A DNA stretch of 64,000 nucleotides, from the NCBI GenBank assembly GCA_000442015.1, contig KE560523.1:1-64000 (forward strand), in the 5' to 3' direction. This DNA is from Rozella allomycis CSF55 (Eukaryota). Of this stretch, positions 1 through 11,752 are shown in pieces. The notes beneath the pieces are model-generated. The model worked only from the letters and a program-made list of their open reading frames with translations. It ran no database searches and had not been told where the DNA came from. How positions within the stretch are numbered: the stretch's first letter is position 1; each line of letters starts with the position of its first letter. A program made the translations under genes and the position numbers.

Positions 1-605
1 TCGCAAGAAGACTGGTTTAATTAAAATGGAGGATAATGGAATTGCCGATATATTTGTCCATGGTACAGCAAAAGATCTTTTTTTATCGTATAGGCAATGG
101 TATGTCACTAGACATAGTTGTAGCTCCTCAGTTAACAAATATATTACCATCTGTTGCACCACCTGAAGGAAAGCACCCTTCCGCTGTTGGTGAAAGAAGT
201 TACAATCTTCCTGTAGAGCCTGTCCAAACTGAAGTGGTAGAAATGATAAAAACAGAATCTCAAAAACCTGGAAGGGCATTTATCGTGGAAAGGGTTGAAT
301 GTCGCATCCACGATCTGTCTTTAAGAATCATCGATACAAAGCACGAGTAAATTATTGTCTTGCTTTCTAATCAAAGTTGGCTTTATAGCATTTTAATGCC
401 TTATATTAAAAGCAAAGTTCGTAATTCTATTGAAAAGTCTATTGAACAAAATGTCAGTCAATTGCTATTTAATTTGGATGAAAAAGTCATGGAAAGTGTA
501 AACCCGACAAGTGTGGAAGAAAGGCATCGGTAAAAACTATGTTTGTATCATATTATTAGCATTCTACCTGAATGGGCAAGCACTGCATATGACCCTATGT
601 CTTGA
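1..605 (+). CDS. 3' part of a HAM1-like (DUF4449-type) protein, 5'-truncated by the window
   Basis: Spliced product RKKTGLIKMEDNGIADIFVHGNGMSLDIVV...FIVERVECRIHDLSLRIIDTKHDWLYSILMPYIKSKVRNSIEK resembles the HAM1-like C-terminus; ~30-nt introns (e.g. 63-93); stop at 603-605. Confidence 0.55.
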
Positions 606-1141
606 ATTTATTGTGATTTTAATAAATGTATAATACTCTAACTACGTAATAATAATAATAATCATTTTTAATTATTCTCGTTGTGATTTATTAAAAACTT
701 ACACACCATACTACTTACTAGATGTCTGAGATGGATGCAATGGATGTCCAAACATATGTATTAGANACATTTTAACTTTACTCACTTTTACATAATTATT
801 ATTAAATTTGCAACCCGAACTTTGATTTATTAGGACCATTCTACCATTTGTTGGATCTTGATGAAGCATTCTTAAAGTCCTTAGAATATACTATGCTCAC
901 GACCGCTATAATTAAGCCAAAGGTTGATTCCACAATAATCTTTTCGGTCATTTAGGATTAACTTACGTCATATGGCAAATTACAGTGATTTATTGAGTGG
1001 GTATTCAAAAAATCTATCCAGAAAGAGTACATGCATATTACGCATTTTGGATGATAACGCTGAATGCAAAATGGAAAATATAGCTAAAGCGCCAAACGCT
1101 TTGAAAATCATTGAAAAAGAAGATGCTGAAATTTCATATCT

Positions 1142-1946
1142 TTATTCGATTCTTCTTTTTCTTATCTGTCCTGATTTACTTTCACCTTTTCCTTTTTCAG
1201 ACTTATCAATATCCGTTTTGAATTTTAGTTTTTCTTTTTGATTATGTTTTCTAGTCTTGTGATTGCTAAATAAGAATGTAAACAATGAAAGTGCGACAAC
1301 AAAGAACAGAATAAAGGAAAATACAACTGATATATTTGCGAAAATGATCATCCAATCCCATTGATTAATTGGTTTGGAAAACTCTTTTGCGGTGTCCTAA
1401 ATTTTAAAGAAAACACAGCATGTACCAAAACATTTTGGCCTAACCAACCCACGAATGACATAAAATATCCGAATGGCGAGTAAGGTTGAAAGTATACTGG
1501 CAAGGGAACAAATTTTTCTTTCTGTAAGGCGTCAAGTACATCATCAGCTCTCAGTGTACCGTTGTAGAAGTAAGCGGCGCCATTTTTGATCCTAATTTTA
1601 TCGTATATGTATTTGGTACAAATATATGGAGGGCAAAGTTGTAACAAAGAACCTCGCGGATAAAACTATTACTATAAGACTAATTCCTCCTTACTTTGGT
1701 TTTCTTCAATATCTACATTTAACCTTTTGATGTTTTTGCTTAAGTTTTTGTCAATCTTTTCATATTCAGATTTGAAAGCATTGCAAGCTGCACACCAGTT
1801 TGCATAACTATTTTTGTATCACAAAATATTTACAATTTCACTAGTAATGTGTCTTTCCAAACGTCATGTTTTAAATCATTATTTTTGATATTTTGTATGG
1901 TGCATAAACTTAGACCACAAAGTATCGCGACTACTAACAATTTCAT
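1142..1946 (-). CDS. Thioredoxin-related transmembrane protein (TMX/PDI-like)
   Basis: Signal peptide MKLLVVAILCGLSLC, spliced FYANWCAACNAF (WCxxC), SARFFVTTLPSIY, C-terminal TM helix and basic tail; 4 mini-introns. Confidence 0.8.
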
Positions 1947-1989
1947 ACCTGAAATTTACTAAATATAATCGTTAAAAAATATACATTTA

Positions 1990-4225
1990 TTAAAGTACAA
2001 GATGCCCAATTATTAATTCAATTATATTTTTGAATACCATTGCATTCCCTGATATCCGCCTAAATTTGATGCCGTGAATTTTAAGTAGCCAAACTTTGCA
2101 AATTTCAATTTCAAATACAACTTCCTGATTGACTCCAGAGACATATCGGCAATCAATAACGTAAGATGAATGATGGTTAAACATTAGGTTCTGCTGGGCC
2201 AAAATTTCTATCAATTGATTAATTAAATCATCGGGGGGCTTCACACTAGTCGTATTTGCGGAAAATGCGAATCTAACTGTACGAATCGGAGTTTGTCGAG
2301 GCACTTGAGTCGGAAAAGAAGGTGATATTTCAGGGCTGGGAATATCCGTCTCATAAACCACATTTGTGTTCACTTTTAATGAATCTCTTCTAGAACTATT
2401 GCTCTCTGACCTTGTTTCGAAGGATTTTCTTTGATAAGAATCTGAATTAGAGTTTGATTTTGGGCGCATTTTTGACGTCAGTGAAGCATTAGGTAATTGG
2501 CGCATAGGAGTTGTACCGAAATCTGCTTGAAATGTAAATCTTCGATTCCTTTGCATTGCTGGTTCTGGTGCTGCTAAAGTAAATCTGATATCTTTTTGTT
2601 CATTTGAAGACTTTCGACGAGCGTCAAGATTGTTGCCGCTTGCTAGCATAATGCCTTCCTTTTTATCTTCTAAACCAACATCAAAGTCCGAAGTTTCTGA
2701 CCTTGAACTAATGGTAGAAAATACACTTTGCTTTCTACCAGGAAGGTCAGTTGGCAGTAAGGAAGCTCGCCTGTCCATTGCTTTTATGGCATTCAATGAT
2801 TGCGTTATTGACTGTCTTCTATTTTGAATCATTCCCGGAGGTTGATTGAAGTTATAAATAACAACGTTATCAGACTCATGATTGATGCCTTGAATGCACC
2901 CACTGTATTTTTTATCCAAAGGAGTTTCATCTTCATTTAGAAACTTTGGTGGCAGACGTATCGGGGGGCCATTTTCATCTTTGATCACCCATGGATGATT
3001 TCTTAATTCCTCCATTTTAATTCTCTTTGAAGGATCCCTTACAAAAATTTTATTTAACAAATCAACAAACACTATTAATAACTGAAATGAGATATTACGT
3101 GGCGAAAGATTGTCAATTTTCCTATATTCGCATGATCTTATTTTTTTATATAACTCGCTCAAATTGTCGCCTTTGAAAGGGGCTTTCCCTGTCGCCATTA
3201 TGAACAAAACAACTCCGGAAGACCAAATGTCGCTTGGAGGACCAATATACTTTTCACCACTCACAATTTCAGGTGAAGCATAAAGCGGCGTACCACAAAA
3301 CTATATTAATAGTAACCGAAATTGTTACAGTCCCCAGTAAGTGATTTTTACCAATAAACGATCTACCGAGTCCAAAGTCTGATATTAATATATTATTGTC
3401 TTCAGTAAGCAACAAATTTTCCAGTTTTAAATCATCTTTAAATCGATATTATGTCTTACCTCGATGAACTACACCTGCTTCATGGCAATGGTCGATGGCT
3501 GAAATGATTTGTCGATACAATCGCCTGGAGTCTTTTTCAGTTAATGATTCTTTCGTGGTAATGTAGTCGATCAGCTCTCCACCTCCAGCATATTGCCTAA
3601 AAAATTCTAAAAAAGTTAGTACATTATAACGAACAATTCTGTCGGTGTATCAATTAATTGATAAAGTTTAACTATATTCGGATGATTTAATCTCATTAAT
3701 AACTTAACTTCTCCACTCAAATGCCTTAGGTACTCTGGGACGTAATTTGGATTTGTAATGGAGTATTTTGAATCATCTGCTTTTTTCGAAATAGAATTTA
3801 TCTCTTCAGTATTTGATATATTTTCGTTGGATTTTTTAATATCGCGTTCTTTTGTTTTCAACGTATTCGGTTCGGCTTGAGGTTCGGCTTCCTTCCCCGC
3901 CATATCCTTTACATCCTCTAGAGTATTCTCTTCTGGTATAACTGGCTCTTTTTTCCGGGAGACAACCTTGTCTTCAGAATGAACACTTTTTGAAAAATCA
4001 GATTTCACAGATTTGGAATCAATCTTTTGAGATTTCACGCTTTTATTTTCTGATGCTTCCATGTCAGCTTTCACGAGAACTTTTACAGCTACCTGAATGT
4101 TAAAAATGACCAATGTTCACCTTTTCATTTGTCACAATGTGATAACCAAGCTTTACTTTCGAAAAGGCGCCTTCGCCAATGGTACGACCTAGCTGATAAT
4201 CTCCGACAATTTTTCTCTTAAACAT
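1990..4225 (-). CDS. MARK/Par-1/Kin1-family Ser/Thr kinase with C-terminal KA1 domain
   Basis: GDYQLGRTIGEGAFSKVKLG, VAVK, HPNIVKL, HRD-LKLEN, DFG, FCGTPLYASPE, DIWSSGV; KA1 FEIEICKVWLLKIHGIKFRRISGN. Confidence 0.9.
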
Positions 4226-4955
4226 TTCTTTATAAATATTAGAACTAAAAACGATTGTTTATATCTCCGATGAAACAAATAAATAAAACAATGGCCAATA
4301 ATAGTAATTCGAAATTGATTACAACTTATTTATTATTCATGTATAATTTTCGCATTGCCTTGATCCTATAATTCGCCAACTGTTTTCAAGGTGTTGGTGC
4401 CTTTAGAAATAATGGGGAAGCATACGTTTAATTGAAAGCAAAAGACCTAAGTTCTCTGTCTGATCAATGAAAAGGAAGAAAAAATTGCTTGATATCTTGA
4501 TACCTGCTGATGTAAGATTAAAAATAGAAAACTGGAAAAATGTGAAGGCACGCTGCACGCAGTAAAGATTAAGAATAGTCAGAATCGCTGCTGACCGCTC
4601 CCACTTGAAATTAACGTTTTTAGGAGCATTTGAAATTCAAGTTTGATTTGGCTACTCGTTTACCCAATACCATTTGCCACTCGCTCCGTATTTTGTCATG
4701 ACTGCGGTATATTGGTCGACATAGGGGGCAGAAACGCAATATTGTTTCTTCTGTCAATTTTTTTAATTTCTAGTTACAAAATTGGTCATGATGCGATTGA
4801 TGAGCAAACGATCAATAAAGGTACTTCACTGTTAATAGTCTTTAATAACATATTCATTTTTATGATAAAAATGTATATGTGACATGCATATGTTATCCTT
4901 AGTCTGTAGATATCTTTTTCCATTAAACCATTCTTAAACTGTTTCCAAGGTGAAC

Positions 4956-6342
4956 ATGCCTTTGAACAACCAGAATAGGAAACTGAAAGTGTTTGTGATT
5001 CACGGTGACCCTAAAAAGTATAATCCTATTCTTCCTGGCGGCTATTGGGACGAGGATGATTTTCTTTCCTTGAATAAAGCCAAAGACGCTCTGAGTTCTT
5101 TATCCAATGATTATGATTTCACATACTATTGTAATCACGACACTTTATTAATGGATTTAAAAGAGAATAGAGATAATATAGATCTTGTTCTCCAGGTATG
5201 ATCTAGTTGTATCTTAAACGTAGCTTTGCGACGAAGGATGGTTTAACCACCCGAAAATGGAGATGCATGTCGTTTCATACTTAGAAATGCTCGGAATACC
5301 GTATACTGGGTCTGGTCCGCAATGTCTCGCAACAACCTATGATAAGCAAACGGTACTTGAAATCGCGAAGAGCATCAATGTCCCCATTCCTTTGTCAATT
5401 TTAGTTGAAAATGACAGCGAACTAAAGAACCATGGTTTAGAATACCCTGTAATCGTAAAGCCAAACTCCACAGATGGATCCTTTGGAATCACAGCCAAAN
5501 TAAGAGCATCAATGTCCCCATTCCTTTTTCAATTTTAGTTGAAAATGACAGCGAATTAAAGAACCATGGTTTAGAATATCCTATAATCGTAAAGCCAAAC
5601 TCCACAGATGGATCCTTTGGAATCACAGCCAAAAATGTTTGCAATTCTTATGAAGACCTTCTTATTGCATTAAAATCAATTAGAAGTGAGTTTGGAATTG
5701 ATGGCTCTGTTTTAATCCAAGAATACCTTCCAGGACCTGACATAAATGTTGGTCTTATTGGCAATGAGCCAATTGTATTACCTATAACTGAGGAAGATTA
5801 CTCTTCGTTGCCTGATAATTTACCTAAGATTTGCGGATTTGAAAGCAAAGTAATATTTCTATTCCACAATAATCAGTGGGAAGACTCATCACCTTATTGG
5901 AACATTAAAACCAAACCAACGTCTTTGGACGAAAATAGGCAGAAGATTATAATCGACGCATCCAAGAAACTATTCAAGCGAATTGGTGTCAAAGATTATG
6001 CGAGATTTGATTGGAGACTAGATAGAAATGGTAATCCTAGATTCATTGAAGGTAAAAATAAAAATTATGCATCATGAAGCCAATCCAAATTGTGGTTGGT
6101 GCTGGGATGGGCATCTCCCCAAAACAGCTTCTCTTTGTGGAATAGACTATCCTCAATTCTTCCGCCTCATAATTGAATCTGCATTGGCTAGATATTCACA
6201 ACTTCGAGCGTCGTCATATAACTACAAACTGGTCAAGTCCAAAAATACCACATCTGAATTATCAGGAAAGCCTGTTCCCTTAAATCCTATATCGTCTTCC
6301 ACTTATCTGTTCATAAATGAGCAAAATAAAGTTAAAAATTAA
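4956..6342 (+). CDS. D-alanine--D-alanine ligase-like ATP-grasp enzyme
   Basis: LEMLGIPYTGSG, DKQTV, YPVIVKPNSTDGSFGI, VLIQEYLPG, DYARFDWRLD, FIEANPNCG; introns 5196-5223, 5850-5876, 6052-6079; duplicated segment at N5500. Confidence 0.85.
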
Positions 6343-6405
6343 TTTGCTTACAATGAAATACAGAAATTTTAATGAGAATTTAGTAAATTTAATAGTTATC
6401 TCTTA

Positions 6406-7054
6406 ATGCTAAGCGAAGAAGATGTTTTAGATTATGTAATACAACAGGGTAACAATGAAAACGGACTACCTGATTGTGCAAACAGTGTAGCTGAAAGCAT
6501 AAACCAGGACGAATCTAATCATGATAACCTAGTTTCATTGGAGCTACGTGAGCGCGAAAAAGGCTGCATTAAAATGTTTGAAGAAGGCAGTTGCTCATTA
6601 GATTACTTAATAAATGAGTTTTCATCAATCATCAAGGACCATCCACGTTATGCGTCAGCGTACAACAACAGGTACTGCTTTGATATTTTCAAAACTAGAG
6701 CTCAATGTTTTCGACTTCAAAAACAATGGGAGAAATCATTGAATGATTTGAACAAGGCTATCGAATTCGGAGACATTGAAGTAAAAAGAAAAGTAAGTTA
6801 CCATTTCGNCATTGCAGTAAAAAGAAAAGTAAGTTACAATTTCGCTATTTACCGAGGCTAATTTACAACGTGCTATTGTGAAACATCACTTAAACGATGA
6901 AGAAGGTTCGCATTTGGACTATGAAAATGCGTCTGCTTATGGTGGAGGAAACAATTTTCTTGCAAAGCAAATGGCGGTGAAAACCAACAAATATGCAGCA
7001 ATGTGCAATAGCATGATGGCCGAGTTGATGTCTAAATTATATAAGAATAAATAA
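6406..7054 (+). CDS. TTC36: TPR protein, TTC36-like
   Basis: YASAYNNRAQCFRL TPR and C-terminal KTNKYAAMCNSMMAELM typical of TTC36; N-join at 6809. Confidence 0.75.
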
Positions 7055-7071
7055 AAACGGGGCTTTTATTT

Positions 7072-7784
7072 TTAGAATTTATATATTAGAAACAGAAACA
7101 TACACACAGCACCTACTAACGCCAATATAAGCATATCACGGCGACGTCGTAATCTAATGCGATTAATTAAGCCTTCAACGGCTGGAAGTCTTGCTAGAAA
7201 ATGAATATTCAATGAACTTACTAAGAACGCCAGAAGCAATATTTGATGAAGAAAGTAGTCTTTGTCTTTGAGTATCCAAATTTGCTCTTGTTGCATAAGC
7301 GTTACCTTAAAAAATGCAATATAAGATTACTTTAATAAGTCATCAGCCATTGAATGTGAATTGTCCAATGCCATCCGCTCATCTAGAAGCATCATTTCAT
7401 CTGTTTTATTTCCTCGTACATTTCTGTACTTTAAAATATAGTTATTTACTTGTTGTACGACTTTAAAAGTTCTTGTTCTTCTTTTTTCTGTCTAAGCACA
7501 TCTTGAATTCTTCTAAATTCTTTTTCATAGTTGAATGCACCATCCTTGTGTCTCTGGAGTGTTTTTAAAAGGATAGTGTTTTCTACAGGTAGACTTTCAA
7601 TGTATTGATTCATTTTTGCTATTTGATTATTTAAATTTGATAGGTTGGATATTATTTCTTGCGCCAAAGAATCAGTACCGGATAAATCAGTAGCCATCAA
7701 TGAAGTTATTTTGGATATCTGGTTATCTATAGCAAGTTCGACCATTCTCGTTTCTTTTCGTATACTGTCCCAAGATGTGTTCAT
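7072..7784 (-). CDS. GOS1: Golgi Qb-SNARE Gos1/GOSR1
   Basis: MNTSWDSIRKETRMVE, LQRHKD, ERMALDNSHSMADD..AYATR, RLPAVEGLINRIRLRRRRDMLILALV plus C-terminal TM. Confidence 0.9.
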
Positions 7785-7848
7785 ATGTACTGATTAAACG
7801 ATCCTTTGAGTTTCCGTGACCAGGAATTTTCGGAAACCATATTTTTTG

Positions 7849-10800
7849 ATGTCGAATTTTCTCTACTCTACGATTAATTCTCTGGGGAGTTTGTATCGTC
7901 AATCTAGACATTCAAATTCTCAGCGATCCAGTAAAGCAGCAAAGCTTCCTGTGAGCTCTTTTAAAGATCAAATTATGGATGCCCTTGAAGACAATACTGT
8001 TGTGATCATATCTGGTACTACTGGTAGTGGGAAAGTAGATATATTTGATGGCTTTTATATTAGAGTACTCAAGTCCCCCAGTTTATTTTGGACCATGACA
8101 AGTCGCATGTCAAGATAGCATGTACGCAACCAAGACGATTGGCCGCTGTTTCATTAGCTTTACGTGTAGCTCATGAGAGAAAAGATACTAGCAGGCTTGT
8201 TGGTTATCATATAAGTGGAAAGAATAATTGCTCAAAGGCTACAAAGTTGATGTACATGACAACTGGAGTTTTGTTGGAACAAATCAAGAGTGATCCAAAG
8301 CTTGAGAGATATACGCATATAGTGCTGGATGAAGTTCATGAAAGACATGTGGATGATGATATTTTGCTGTCGTATTTAAAAGAGATTTTAAAAGTGAACA
8401 AGAATCTTAAAATTGTTATTATGTCGGTAAGGATAAATTTATTTGTTTGAAAGGCAACACTTGTCCCTCAAAAATACCAAAACTATTTTTCTGAATTTGG
8501 ATCAGTCCCATTTATTCACATTCCAACAAAGATGCATGAAATAGAAATTGTTTATGTTGAAGATATTTGTGACAAGTTTAAAGCGTCCCATGAAGTAAAG
8601 AGTGGTGTTTTGGAAGCTCCAGACCGACCCATGTTGACTCCATCAAGGAAGAATCTTTTGGCTGATATGATAATGAGCTTACATAAAAGTTTGCCACTAA
8701 ACCAAGCGATTCTTGTTTTTCTATCTGGATTGTCACCAATTTTAGAAATAGCAGATAAGCTGACTTTATATGAGAATTCAGAATCGATGCAGATTCATTT
8801 ATTGCATTCATCTATTACAATTGAAGAACAAGCGCAGATAGTGAGACCCCCAGCCAAAGGAAAGAGAAAAGTTGTTTTATCAACAAATGTCGCTGAAAGC
8901 TCATTGACGATTGCTGATGCTAGGATTGTTATCGACACTTGTTTGAAAAAAGATATGGATTTTGATGTTTCGTTTAATGGATTTTCTTTGAATGAATGTT
9001 GGGTTAGCAAGAATTGTGCAGAACAAAGAAAAGGGAGGGTTGGTAGAACATCGCCAGGGATTGTTTATAGATTGATTACAAAAAATGAATTTGAGAAATT
9101 GAGACAAGAACAACTTCCAGAAATCCAAAGATCTGAACTCTCTAATTGTGTTTTGAGGTGCCTTTCAATTCCATCTCATCCATTTTTTGAAGTTCTATCC
9201 AGCTGTATGGATCCTCCTCTAAATAAACATATAAATGAAGCTTTAAAGACGTTGATTTCTTTAAAAGCTGTTTCTTTTAATAATGGATCTTACTCAGCCA
9301 CTCGACTTGGCCACATCTTATCTACTGTGCCACTTAATGTGAAAAATTGTTTATTGGCTTTGCATGGAATAATATTTGGCGTTGGAGAAGAAGCAATTAT
9401 AGCAGCTTGTATACTTCAATTGAAAAGTGTGTTTATTGAATCACCAGTTTTGGAATTGGAAACATCGAAAGCAATGGCCAGTTTTGGTTCTTCAATTAAA
9501 AGAGATAAAATGGAAATTTCTTCAGATTTAATTTCAAATCTTCGTGCGTATTTATTTTGGAGAGAAAATTATCCTGAAAACGACAAGGAAGAATTTTATT
9601 TGAAATATTTTCTAAGTAAATTCTTTCTACAAGAAGTCCACGATTTAATTATTTTGGTTCGTGAAGGTTTTAGTAAATTTGGTTTATGTGAACCACCAAG
9701 TGACGATGAAAGAGCTAGTTTACACAAGAAATTCAAATCTTTAATGGTTCATTCTAGCCAAGTTGACGATTTCGATAATTTTGATTTCATGGATGATTTT
9801 AATCAACAAGAATCTCAACAAGTTGAAAGTTTTGTTCAAAAATTTAATGAAATTTCTTTTAATCTCTCAAACAAGAAAATTTTCGAAAATGGAAATTCGA
9901 TTTTTCACATTAATGACCCTGGTAGTAGAGTAACCAAAGGGGAAACCATAAAACTGAAAAAGGAACCAAATATTTTTACATTCTCTATTATTCTTTGTGC
10001 TTCATTTTATTCTAATGTTCTTAAATTTGACACTTCTGAAAATCCAGAATCTTGTGCTTTCCCATCTGAATTTGATTTAACACGCTCGGTAGAATTTGGC
10101 GCAGATATTCTCCCTTCTATTCCTGATATGCTTCAATTCTTGAATAATAAAATTTCACCAGTTTCGAAATACTTGATAATCAACAATAGAATTCAAGTGG
10201 AATTCCAAGGTAATTTTACATTCTTTCATTAAATTAGATAACAACAGAATTTGGGACTTTACATTGCCATTTGATAAATCTAAATTTCGCCCTCAAAAGA
10301 ATAACACCTTGGGTTGGAGGGATTATGATTCTGATGAATCTGATTTTGAAGATGATGACATTGAAACTTTTATTCCTTCTGATTCCATTTTCCTTTCTCA
10401 TAAATTGAGGCTTACTTGGAAAGCGGTCAACACGTACAACAGATACATTCCTGGACAAATTTGGTTACCTCGACTATCTTCCATTAGATCAGCTTACAAT
10501 TCGGCTTCTTATGTTCCCAGTTTTCACAAACATTCTTCAGATTCAAAAGTTTTTATTAACAGAATCTCTCTTTGTTATCCATGCATTGTGTCAGACTGCC
10601 ACAAGACTTCGTTCCATTTTATTCCTTGTAAAATGCAAGCAGTCAATCAAGGCTCCCGCTGGTTGGCTCATTTTGTTTCTTGCTTGAAATTGGATTCATT
10701 TTTAGCAGTTAATCCTATTCACGCAGTTTTGTATATTTTATATGGCTCTGATGACAGCTTTACATTCACATTACCATANGCTTTACATTCACACTGCCAT

Positions 10801-10994
10801 ATACAAGTGAAAATTATGACGTTTCTTCTCTTGAATTCTGCAACTCTAGCGTATTTTCCGAAATTAAAAATTTAAAAACTCAAATCGATGCTTTTCTAAC
10901 CGGAGAATCTGACGCACTAGCTCCTCATACACTCGATGATTTTACTGAAAACCAAACAAAACTCGATGGTTTAATTCATGAATTGCTTAAATAA
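7849..10994 (+). CDS. DEAH/RHA RNA helicase, spindle-E/TDRD9-like helicase core
   Basis: GTTGSGKSTQ, TQPRRLAA, YMTTGVLL, DEVHER, MSATL, LHSSITIEEQ, STNVAESS, QRKGRVGR, HA2 region; 3 mini-introns; N-join at 10779. Confidence 0.85.
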
Positions 10995-11078
10995 ATTTAA
11001 TTTATTTACGGTTATTTTAACATGATTATTCTATCAATTTGATATTTGTCGGATGAATTACCCTGGCCAATACTTTTT

Positions 11079-11660
11079 ATGCCTTTAAACGACATTACAA
11101 ACATTGCTTTGAGACATCATCCAAATGTGTTTAAGAACGATAATTACAATAGGAATATCAAAATACAGTCATTGAAAAGAGTTGTGAATGGAACCCATTC
11201 TTCTCCTGCTCCATCAGATTTACAACCTCTATTAACTCACAAGAAATCAAAATCAACAAAACCAAAACTAGAAATATACTCTGATTGCTCTATAAATTTA
11301 AATGTAGATGAGTCGATTCCAAATAATAGTGAACAGCTATTAACATCTTCAACCTCTGTGCTAGAAATTAATCAACCAGAAAACAATAAAGAACCAGAAC
11401 ATCAGCCTATACCGTCAGAGAAGTCAGAGTCAGAGGAATCTATTGATGAAAATCATGAAATCGACGGCAATGATGAAAAATCCACACCACTTCCTGTCAA
11501 TGATGAATTCCGTATAGTCCCAGAAGAAGAAAACATTTATTTTTCAGCAACTCAAGAAAGAAGATTTCCATTAGACAAAATATTTGTCAAGGAAACATCA
11601 ACTGCATTGCCTACAACAGGTTGCGATGCCCACATATTTTCAATGCACATCGCTAAATAA
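11079..11660 (+). CDS. Hypothetical low-complexity protein
   Basis: Open 194-codon frame from the first in-frame ATG, stop followed by AATAAA; no recognisable motif. Confidence 0.45.
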   Translation: MPLNDITNIALRHHPNVFKNDNYNRNIKIQSLKRVVNGTHSSPAPSDLQPLLTHKKSKSTKPKLEIYSDCSINLNVDESIPNNSEQLLTSSTSVLEINQPENNKEPEHQPIPSEKSESEESIDENHEIDGNDEKSTPLPVNDEFRIVPEEENIYFSATQERRFPLDKIFVKETSTALPTTGCDAHIFSMHIAK

Positions 11661-11752
11661 ATAAATAGATAAATAAAATCTAATTTAAATACTGTGGTTC
11701 TATAGTCCTTCATTTCATTTCGCCTTGTTTTGTCTAAGCCATTCAGCCAATC

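Noticed and set aside
972-1241. 89-aa plus-strand ORF
   Set aside because: Overlaps the 3' end of the TMX-like gene on the opposite strand and has no recognisable motif; cannot be supported.
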